A stretch of DNA of 46,662 nt, filler included, from Sphacelaria rigidula (taxonomy: Eukaryota), in NCBI GenBank assembly GCA_964200075.2. It is 2 parts of 2 records of this genome, joined end to end, with 100 filler letters (N's around TTAATTAATTAA, not from the genome) between each part and the next. Parts side by side here need not be neighbours in the genome. Positions count along the whole stretch, not along the records: positions 23,385 to 46,662 come from CAXNAA020000270.1; 1 more part is not named here. One strand, 5' to 3'. Below, one piece after another: positions 23,385 through 33,500 of this stretch. A program made the position numbers and the translations under genes. The notes below the pieces were generated by a model. It ran no database searches. It was not told the DNA's origin and saw only the letters and a program-made list of their open reading frames with translations. The first letter of the stretch is position 1; each line of letters opens with the position of its first letter.

Positions 23385-23676
23385 TGACGTTCTCTTTCAA
23401 GAGTACAGGGAGGAGGGAACGAATCTGACGAATGATGACATGTGTCAATGGCAGGTTGTTAATTTCCGTGTTCAGCTCACGGAATATTTTGTTCCTAAGC
23501 CTACGGCGTCGAGCCTTACGTTTCACAGTCAGTCTCGTGCTTTTTTCCTGCTTCCACTTCTTCACCTTAAGTGTACGCTTGTACCCTATGTTCCTATCTC
23601 TCAGTCCTCCAACGAGTGTGGAAGAGAGCCCACGCCGATAGATACTCGTTACCTCTACCAGGGGATCTAAAAATCC
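23385..23676 (-). CDS. ORF2 N-terminus in the -1 frame of ORF1, open to the gap (putative pol/RT ORF)
   Basis: Opens immediately after a TAA at the slippery site and has no ATG. 97 stop-free codons: GFLDPLVEVTSIYRRGLSS...KVKKWKQEKSTRLTVKRKARRRRLRNKIFRELNTEINNLPLTHVIIRQIRSLLPVLLKENV. Confidence 0.6.
23610..23676 (-). promoter_or_regulatory. Programmed -1 ribosomal frameshift element (slippery heptamer plus three-stem pseudoknot)
   Basis: G_GAU_UUU (23676-23670) in ORF1 frame directly before UAG. 8-nt spacer. S1 CUGGUAGA/UCUAUCGG, S2 UAACGAGU/ACUCGUUG, S3 GUGGG/UCCAC. Confidence 0.8.
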
Positions 23677-24551
23677 TTACGGACTTTCTTCCGGGGGGCT
23701 GCGCGACCTGATTCGGTAGTACGCTTGGAAACGTTGGCCTGTTTCTCCTGTGTGACAGAAGAGTTACGTCTAGCAGTATTCCTACCCTGCAGGGGGGGTC
23801 CTTCATCTGCTGTCTGCTTGGGCTTCGGTTTACCTTTGCCTTTACTCTGCTGCTTATTGTTACTGGAAGTGGATGCGCGAACGTTGTGTCCCTTTTGGAA
23901 AGGGGTTTTACCCTTGGGAGGTTTACCAGGGCGTTTTTGGTGTTGTACAACGTTCTGGGAGTTGTTTCCCGGAGTGGTCTTGTTTCTGCCTCTTTTCAAG
24001 TTGCCTATGCTTTTCGATAGGGTTACTATTGAAGCATGCAGACACTCCGAGGACAACCCGCTATCCGTAGCAGCTACAGCCGCTTTGGCTCGTTTGTCAG
24101 CTTTAGCGGCAGCAGTTTTCTCCGTTCGAATGTGAAAATCCTCCTCTATCAAGAGTTTGACATCTTTCAATGTTTTTTGGATTTCCGCTATTTTCGGAGG
24201 GACTGCAGAGGGTGCAAACTCCGCCGGAGCGGCGGGCTGTGCAGGGGGTTGCGCAAGGGGTATGTTCTCCAACCCATCGGTGTGTGGGAGGTTCAATTGA
24301 AGTGAACCTGAGTCCACACTAGAATTTGCATCTTCTTCTACGTTCATAGCAGCTCCGCCGCCTTCATTAGATTGCGGTGAATCTGTCGGGGGTTCGGAGG
24401 GAGATGCAGTCGAACTATCTATTCCCAGGTACTGTTGTCTCCATTGTCTATACACACTGAGGTATTTCGAGCCGAATATGCCAACAGCTGTATCTACACG
24501 ACGTTGTTCAAGTAGGTTGATAAGAAAGGAGGGTGAGCTTCTGTATTTCAT
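23667..24551 (-). CDS. ORF1 of the element: basic, low-complexity gag-like/nucleic-acid-binding protein, C-terminal ~280 aa
   Basis: Stop-free 294 codons with a Pro/Ser-rich segment, a predicted helical segment (KIAEIQKTLKDVKLLIEE...AAAKADKRAKAA) and a Lys/Arg/Asn/Gln-rich tail. The first ~13 codons, including the ATG, come from the satellite. Confidence 0.65.
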   Translation of the reverse strand: MKYRSSPSFLINLLEQRRVDTAVGIFGSKYLSVYRQWRQQYLGIDSSTASPSEPPTDSPQSNEGGGAAMNVEEDANSSVDSGSLQLNLPHTDGLENIPLAQPPAQPAAPAEFAPSAVPPKIAEIQKTLKDVKLLIEEDFHIRTEKTAAAKADKRAKAAVAATDSGLSSECLHASIVTLSKSIGNLKRGRNKTTPGNNSQNVVQHQKRPGKPPKGKTPFQKGHNVRASTSSNNKQQSKGKGKPKPKQTADEGPPLQGRNTARRNSSVTQEKQANVSKRTTESGRAAPRKKVRKDF

Positions 24552-27500
24552 GTCTATATCCTGGCTGTGTTATAGTAGGTTGAATAAAAAGGAGGGTTAG
24601 CTTCTCTATTCCATGTCTTCAGCCGGACTGCGTTATAGTAGGTTGATAAGGAAGGAGGGTGAGCTTCTCTATTTCATGTCTATATCCGGGCTGTGTTTTG
24701 GTAGGTTGAATAAAAAGTCCGGTTAGATCCTCTATTCCATATTTTCATCCGGACTGCGTTACAGTAGGTTGATCAGGAAGGAGGGTGAGCTTCTTTATTT
24801 CATGTCTATATCCGGGCTGTGTTAGAGTAGGTTGAAAAAGTGGAGGGTGAGCTGCTCTATTCCATGTTAATATCCGGGCTGTGTTCTAGTAGGTTGAATA
24901 AACAGGAGGGTGAGCTTCTCTATTTCATGTCTATGTCCGGGCTGTGTTATAGTAGGTTGAATGAAAAGGAGGGTTACCTTCTCTATTTCAGGTCAATGTC
25001 TGGACTGTGTTATAGTAGGTTCAATGCAGAGGAGGATGAGCTTCTCTATTTCATGTCTATGTCCGGGCTGTGCTATAGTAGGTTGAATAAAATGGAGGGT
25101 GAGCTGCTCTATTCCATGTCTATCTCCGGGCTGTGTTAGAGTAGGTCCAAGAGGAAGTACGGTTAGCTGATCTATCTCGTGTCTATGTCCGGGCTGTGTT
25201 AGAGTAGGTGAAATAGAAAGCAGAGATAGCTACTCCATTTCATGTCTATCTTCGGGCTGTGTTATGGTAGGGTAAATATGAAGGAGGGTTAGCTTCTGTA
25301 TTTCATGTTTTCATCCGGACTGCGTTATAGTAGGTTGATAAGGAAGGAAGGTGAGCGTCTCTATTTCATGTCTATATCCGGGCTGTGTTATAGTAGGTGA
25401 AATAAAAAGTACGGTTAGCTTCTCTATTACATGTCCATATCCGGACTGCGTTACTGTAGGTTGATCAGGAAGGAGGGTCAGCTTCTCTATTTCATGTCTA
25501 TATCCGGGCTGTGTTATGGTAGGTTGGAAAAAAAGAAGGGTTAGCTGCTCTATTCCATGTATATATCCGGGCTGTGTTAGCGTAGGTCCAAAAGAAAGTA
25601 CGATTAGCTGCTCTATCTCGTGTCTATGTCCGGGCTGTGTTAGAGAAGGTGAAATATAAAGGAGAGGTAGCTACTCCATTTCATGTCTATGTCCGGGCTG
25701 TGTTATCGTAAGGCAAATAAAGATGAGGGTTAGCTTCTGCATTTCATGTTTTCATCCGGACTGCGTTATAGTAGGTTGATATGGAAGGAGGGTGAGCTTC
25801 TCTATTTCATGTCTATATCCGGGCTGTGTTATAGTAGGTTGAATAAAAAGGAGAGTTAGCTTTTCTATTCCAAATTCATATCCGGGCTGTTTGATAGTAG
25901 GTTGAATAAAGAGGAGAGTTAGCTTCTCTATTCCATATTTTCATCCGGACTGCGTTATAGCAGGTTGATGAGAAAGGAGGGTCAGCTTCTCTATTTCATG
26001 TCTATATCCGGACTGTGTTAGAGTAGGTTGGAAAAAAAAGAAGGGTTAGCTGCTACATTCCATGTATATATCCGGGCTGTGTTAGCGTAGGTCCAAAAGA
26101 AAGTACGATTAGCTGCTCTATCTCGTATCTATGTCCGGGCTGTGTTAGCGTAGGTGAAATATAAAGGAGAGGTAGCTACTCCATGTCATGTCTATGTCCG
26201 GGCTGTGTTATCGTAAGGCAAATAAAGATGAGGGTTAGCTTCTGTATCTCATGTTTTCATCCGGACTGCGTTATAGTAGGTTGATAAGGAAGGAGGGTGA
26301 GCTTCTCTATTTCATGTCTATATCCGGGCTGTGTTATAGTAGGTTGAATAAAAAGGAGAGTTAGCTTTTCTATTCCAAATTCATATCTGGGCTGTTTGAT
26401 AGTAGGTTGAATAAAGAGGAGAGTTAGCTTCTCTGTTCCATGTTTATATCCAAGCTGTTTGATAGTAGGTTGAATAAAAAGGAGGGTAAGCTTCTCTCCT
26501 TCATGTCTGTGTCCTGGCTGTGTTATAGTAGGTTGAATAAAATGGAGGGTGAGCTGCTCTATTCCATGTTATATCCAATCTATTTGATAGTAGGTTGAAT
26601 AAAAAGGAGGGTAAGCTTCTCTCCTTCATGTCTGTGTCCTGGCTGTGTTATAGTAGGTTAAATAAAAGGGAGGGTGAGCTGCTCTATTCCATGTCTATCT
26701 CCAGGCTGTGTTAGCGTAGGTCCAAGAAAATGTACGGTTAGCCGATCTATCTCGTGTCTATGTCCGGGCTGTGTTAGAGTAGGTGAAATAGAAAGGAGAG
26801 ATGGCTTCTTCATTCCATGTCTATCTCCGGGCTGTGTTATAGTAGGGTAAATAAAAAGGAGGGCTAGCTTCTGTATTTCATGTTTTCATCCGGACTGCGT
26901 TATAGTAGGTTGATAAGGAAGGAGGGTGAGCTTCTCTATTTCATGTCTATATCCGGGCTGTGTTATAGTAGTTTGAATGAAAAGTAGGGTTAGCTTCTCT
27001 ATTCCATATTTTCATCCGGACTGCGTTATAATAGGTTGAATAAAGAGGAGAGTTAGCTTCTCTATTCCATGTTTATATCCAAGCTGTTTGATGGTAGGTT
27101 GAATGAAAAGGAGGGTAAGCTTCTCTTTTTCATGTCCGTGTCCTGGCTGTGTCATAGTAGGTTGAATAAAGGGGAGGGTGAGCTGCTCCATTCCATGTCT
27201 ATCTCCGGGATGTGTTAGAGTGGGTCCAAAAAGATGTACGGTTAGCTGCTCTATCTCGTGTCTATGTCCGGGCTGTGTTAGAGTAGGTGAAATAGAAAGG
27301 AGAGATGGCTACTTCATTTCATGTCTATCTCCGGGCTGTGTTATCGTAGGGTAAATAAAAAGGAGGGTTAGCTTCTGTATTTCATGTTTTCATCCGGACT
27401 GCGTTATAATAGGTTTATAAGGAAGGAGGGTGAGCTTCTCTATTTCATGTCTATATCCGGGCTGTGCTATAGTAGTTTGAATGAAAAGGAGGGCTAGCTT

Positions 27501-30500
27501 CTCTATTCCATATTTTCATCCGGACTGCGTTATAGTAGGTTGATCAGAAAGGAGGGTGAGCATTTTTGTTTCATGTCTATGTCTGAGCTGTGTTTTAGAA
27601 GGGCAAAAAAGATGGTTAGCTTCTGTATTTCATGTGTTCATCCGGACTGCGTTATGGTAGGTTGATCAGGAAGGAGGGTGAGCTTCTTTATCTCATGTTT
27701 ATGTCCTGGCTGTGTTATAGTGGGTTGAATAAAAAGGAGGGTTAGCTTCTCTATTCCATGTCTTCAGCCGGACTGCGTTATAGTAGGTTGATAAGGAAGG
27801 AGGGTGAGCTTCTCTATTTCATGTCTATCTCCGGGCTGTGTTTTGGTAGGTTGAATAAAAAGTCCGGTTAGACCCTCTATTCCATGTTTTCATCCGGACT
27901 GCGTTATGGTAGGTTGATAAGGAAGGAGGGTGAGCTTCTTCATTTCATGTCGATATCCAGGCTGTGTTAGAGTAGGTTGAAAAAAGTGGAGGGTGAGCTG
28001 CTCTATTCCATGTTTATATCCGGGCTGTGTTCTAGTAGGTTGAATGAAAAGGGGGTTCAGCTTCTCTATCCCATGTTCATTTCTGGGCTGTGTTATAGTA
28101 GGTTCAATGCAGAGGAGGATGAGCTTCTCTATTTCATGTCTATGTCCGGGCTGTGCTACAGTAGGTTGAATAAAAGGGAGGGTGAGCTGCTCTATTCCAT
28201 NNNNNNNNNNNNNNNNNNNNNNNNNNNNNNNNNNNNNNNNNNNNNNNNNNNNNNNNNNNNNNNNNNNNNNNNNNNNNNNNNNNNNNNNNNNNNNNNNNNN
28301 NNNNNNNNNNNNNNNNNNNNNNNNNNNNNNNNNNNNNNNNNNNNNNNNNNNNNNNNNNNNNNNNNNNNNNNNNNNNNNNNNNNNNNNNNNNNNNNNNNNN
28401 NNNNNNNNNNNNNNNNNNNNNTATAGAAAGGAGAGATAGCTACTCCATTTCATGTCTATCTTCGGGCTGTGTTATAGTAGGGTAAATATGAAGGAGGGTT
28501 AGCTTCTGTATTTCATGTTTTCATCCGGACTGCGTTATAGTAGGTTGATAAGGAAGGAGGGTGAGCATTTTTGTTTCATGTCTATATCCGGGCTGTGTTA
28601 TAGCGGGTTGATTAAAAAAGAGGGTAAGCTTCTCTATTCCATGTCTAAATCCGGACTGTTTGATAGTAGGTTGAATAAAAAGGAGGGTAAGCTTCTGTAT
28701 TTCATGTCTGTGTCCTGGCTGTTTTATTGTAGGTTGAATATAATGAAGGGTGAGCTGCTCTATTCCATGTCTATCTCCGGGCTGCGCTTGAGTAGGTCCA
28801 AGAAAATGTACGGTTAGCTGATCTATCTCGTGTCTATGTCCGGGCTGTGTTAGAGTAGGTGATATAGAAAGGAGAGATGGCTACTTCATTTCATGTCTAT
28901 CTCCAGGCTGGGTTATAGTAGGGTAAGAAAAAAGAGGGTGAGCTTCTGTATTTCATGCTTTCATGCGGACTGAGTTATAGTAGGTTGGTAAGAAAGGAGG
29001 GTGAGCTTCTCTATTTCATGTCTATCTCCGGGCTGTGTTATAGTAGGTTGATCAGAAAGGAGGGTTAGCTTCTCTATTCCATGTGTTCATCCGGACTGTG
29101 TTATAGTAGGTTGATCAGAAGGGAGGGTGAGCATTTTTGTTTCATGTCTATGTCTGAGCTGTGTTTTAGTAGGGTAAAAAGGAGGGTTAGCTTCTGTATT
29201 TCATGTGTTCATCCGGACTGCGTTATAGTAGGTTGATAAGGAAGGAAGGTGAGCTTCTCTATTTCACGTCTATTTCTCTATTCCATGTTTTCATCCGGAC
29301 TGCGTTATAGTAGGTTGATCAGGAAGGAGGGTGAGCTTCTTTATTTCATGTCTATGTCCGGGCGGTGTTATAGTAGGTTGAATTACAAGGGGGTTCAACT
29401 TCTCTTTTCCATGTTTATACCCGGGCTGTGTTATAGTAGGTTGATCAGGAAGGAGGGTGAGCTTTTCTATTTCATGTCTATGTCCGGGCTGTGTTATGGT
29501 AGGTTGGAAAAAACGAAGGGTTAGCTGCTTTATTCCATGTATATACCCGGGCTGTGTTAGCGTAGGTTCAAGAGAAAGTACTGTTAGCCGCTCTATTTCG
29601 TGTCTATGTCCGGGCTGTGTTAGAGTAGGTGAAATAAAGAGGAGAGGTAGCTACTTAATTTCATGTCTATGTCCGGGCTGTGTTATCGTAAGGTAAATAA
29701 AGATGAGGGTTAGCTTCTGTATTTCATGTATTCATCCGGACTGCGTTGAAGTAGGTCGATAGGGAAGGAGGGCCAGCTTATTTATTTCATGTCTTTGTCC
29801 GGGCTGTGTTTTAGAGGGTTGAATGAAAAGGGGGTTCAGCTTCTCTATTCCATGTTTATATCCGGGCTGTTTGATGGTAAGTTGAATGAAGAGGAGGGTG
29901 AGCTTCTCTATTTCATGTCTGTGTCCTGGCAGTGTTATAGTTGGTTGAAAAAAACGAAGGGTGAGCTGCTCTATTTCATGTCTATCTCCGGGCTGTGTTA
30001 GCGTAGGTCCAAGAAAAAGTACGGGTAGCCGCTCTATCTCGTGTCTATGTCCGGGCTGTGTTAGAGTAGGTGATAAAAAAAGGAGAGGTAGCTACTCCAT
30101 TTCATGTCTATGTCCGGGCTGTGTTATCGTATGGTTGATAGAAAGGAAGGTTAGCTTCTGTATTTCATGTTTTCATCCGGACTGCGTTAAAGTAGGTTGA
30201 TAAGGAAGGAGGGTGAGCTTATTTATTCCGTCTATATCCGGGCTGTGTTTAAGTAGGTGAAATGAAAAGTACGGTTATCTTCTCTATTCCATGTCTATAT
30301 CCGGACTGCGTTATAGTAGATTGATCAGGAAGGAGGGTGAGCTTCTTCATTTCATGTCTATGTCCGGGCTGTGTTTTGGTAGGTTAAAAAAAAAGAAGGG
30401 TTAGCTGCTGCATTCCATGTATATACCCGGGCTGTGTTAGCGTCGGTTGGATTTAAAGTACGGTTAGCTGCTCTCTCTCGTGTGTATGTCCGGGCTGTGT

Positions 30501-33500
30501 TAGAGTAGGTGGAATAAAGAGGAGAGGTAGCTACTCCATTTCATGTCTATGTCCGGGCTGTGTTATGGTAGGGTAAAAAAGATGAGGGTTAGCTTCTGTA
30601 TTTCATGTTTTCATCCGGACTGCGTTAAAGTGGGTTGATAAGGAAGGAGGGCCACCTTATTTATTTCATGTCTATATCCGGGCTGTGTTATAGAAGGTTG
30701 AATGAAAAGGGGGTTCAGCTTCTCTATTCCATGTTCATATCCGGGCTGTTTGATGGTAAGTTGAATAAAGAGGAGGGTAAGCTTCTCTATTCCATGTCTG
30801 TGTCCTGGCAGTGTTATAGTAGGTTGAATAAAATGAAGGGTGAGCTACTCTATTTCATGTCTATCTCCGGGCTGTGTTGGAGTAGGTCCAAGAAAAAGTA
30901 CGGGTAGCTGCTTTATCTCATGTCTATGTCCGGGCTGTGTTAGAGTAGGTGAAAAAGAAAGGAGAGATAGCTACTCCATTTGATGTCTATAACCGGGCTG
31001 TGTGATGGTAGGTTTGATAGAAAGAAGGGTTAGCTTCTGTATTTCATGTTTTCATCCGGACTGCGTTACAGTAGGTTGTTAAGGAAGGAGGGTGAGCTTA
31101 TGTATTCCATGTGTATATCCGGGCCGTGTTAAAGTAGGTGAAATAAAAAGTACGGTTAGCTTCTCTATTTCATGTATATATCCGGGCTGTGTTAGCGTAG
31201 GTCCAAGAGAAAGAATGATCAGCTGCTCTCTCTCGTGTCTATGTCCGGGCTGTGTTAGAGTAGGTGAAATAGAAAGGAGAGGTAGCTACTCCATTTCATG
31301 TCTATGTCCGGGCTGTGTTATCGTAAGGTAAATATAGATGAGGGTTAGCTTCTGTATTTCATGTTTTTATCCGGACTGCGTTATAGTAAGTTGATAAGGA
31401 AGGAGGGTGAGCTTCTCTATTTCATGTTTATATCCGGGCTGTGTTATAGTAGGTTGAATGAAAAGAAGGGTTAGCTTCTCTTTTCCATTTGTTCATTCGG
31501 ACTGCGTTATAGAAGGTTGATCAGGAAGGAGGGTCAGCATTTTTGTTTCATGTCTATGTCTGAGCTGTGTTTTAGTAGGGAAAAAAGGAGGGTTAGCTTC
31601 TGTATTTCATGTGTTCATCCGGAATGCGTTATAGTAGGTTGATGAGGAAGGAGAGATAGCAACTTGATTTCATGTCTATATCCGGGCTGTGTTATAGTAG
31701 GTGAAATCAAAAGTACGGTAAGTTTCTTCATTTCATGTTTTCATCCGGACTGCGTTATAGTAGGTTGATCAGGAAGGAGGGTGAGCTTCTCTATTTCATG
31801 TCTATGTCCGGGCTGTGTTATGGTAGTTTCAAAAAAAAGAAGGGTTAGCTGCTCTCTTCCATGTATAGATCCGGGCTGTGTAAGAGTAGGTCCAAGACAA
31901 AGTACGAATAGCTGCTTTATCTCGTTTTTATGTCCGGGCTGCGTTAGAGTAGGTGAAATATAAAGGAGAGGTAGCTACTACATTTCATGTCTATGTCCGG
32001 GCTGTGTTATCGTAAGGTAAATATAGATGAGGGTTAGCTTCTGTATTTCATGTTTTCATCCGGACTGCGTTATAGTAGGTTGATAGGTAAGGAGGGTGTG
32101 CTTATTTTTTTCATGTCTTTATCCGGGCTGTGTTATAGTAGGTTGAATAAAAAGGAGGGTGAGCTTCTCTATTTCATGTCTATACCCGGGCTGTGTTATA
32201 GTAGGTTGATCGGGAAGGAGGGTCAGCATTTTCGTTTCATGTCTATGTCTGAGCTGTGTTTTAGTAGGGTAAATGGGAGGGTTAGCTTCTGTATTTCATA
32301 TGTTCATCCGGACTGCGTTATTGTAGGTTATTGAGAAAAGAGAGATAGCAACTTTATTTCATGCCTATATCCGGGCTGTGTTATGGTAGGTTCAAAAAAA
32401 AGAAGGGTTAGCTGCTCTCTTCCATGTATAGATCCGGGCTGTGTAAGAGTAGGTCCAAGACAAAGTACGAATAGCTGCTTTATCTTGTTTCTATGTCCGG
32501 GCTGCGTTAGAGTAGGTGAAATATAAAGGAGAGGTAGCTACTACATTTCATGTCTATGTCCGGGCTTTGTTATCGTAAGGTAAATATAGATGAGGGTTAG
32601 CTTCTGTATTTCATGTTTTCATCCGGACTGCGTTAGAGTAGGTTGATAGGTAAGGAGGGTGTGCTTATTTTTTTCATGTCTATATCCGGGCTGTGTTATA
32701 GTAGGTTGAATAAAAAGGAGGGTGAGCTTCTCTATTTCATGTCTATATCCGGGCTGTGTTATAGTAGGTTGATCGGGAAGGAGGGTGAGCATTTTCGTTT
32801 CATGTCTATGTCTGAGCTGTGTTTTAGTAGGGTAGAAGGGAGGGTTTGCTTCTGTATTTCATATGTTCATCCGGACTGCGTTATTGTAGGTTATTGAGAA
32901 GAGAGAGATAGCAACTTTATTTCATGTCTATATCCGGGCTGTGTTATGGTAGGTTCAAAAAAAAGAAGGGTGATCTTCTCTATTTCATGTCTATATCCGG
33001 GCTGTGTTATAGTAGGTTGATCGGGAAGGAGGGTGAGCATTTTCGTTTCATGTCTATGTCTGAGCTGTGTTTTAGTAGGGGTTAGCTTCTGTATTTCATG
33101 TTTTCATGCGGACTGCGTTATTGTAGGTTAATAGGGAAGGAGGATGAGCTTCTCTATTTCATGCCTATCTCCGGGCTGTGTTATAGTAGGTTGAATAAAA
33201 AGGAGGGTTAACTTCTCTATTCCATTTGTTCATCCGGACTGCGTTATAGTAGGTTGATCAGGAAGGAGGGTCAGCATTTTTGTTTCATGTCTATGTCTGA
33301 GCTGTGTTTTAGTAGGGTAAAAGGGAGGGTTAGCTTCTGTATTTCATGTGTTCATCCGGACTGCGTTATTGTAGGTTAATAGGGAAGGAGGATGAGCTTC
33401 TCTATTTCATGTCTATATCCGGGCTGTGTTATAGTAGGTTGAATGAAAAGGAGGGTTAGCTTCTCTATTCCATTTGTTCATCCGGACTGCGTTATAGTGG

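Larger units (their letters stand above)
23385..24510 (-). mobile_element. Fragment of a two-ORF frameshifting element, probably a retroelement (Penelope-like or other); 5'-truncated at the satellite, 3' part lost in the gap
   Basis: Uninterrupted ORF1, a -1 frameshift signal and an open ORF2, intronless in an otherwise intron-rich genome. No RT motif is visible, so the class is inferred. Confidence 0.6.

Noticed and set aside
23385-24510. Endogenous totivirus (GGAUUUU slip site)
   Set aside because: ORF1 is low-complexity and basic rather than capsid-like, and no RdRp motif is visible. Not formally excluded, since ORF2 is truncated.
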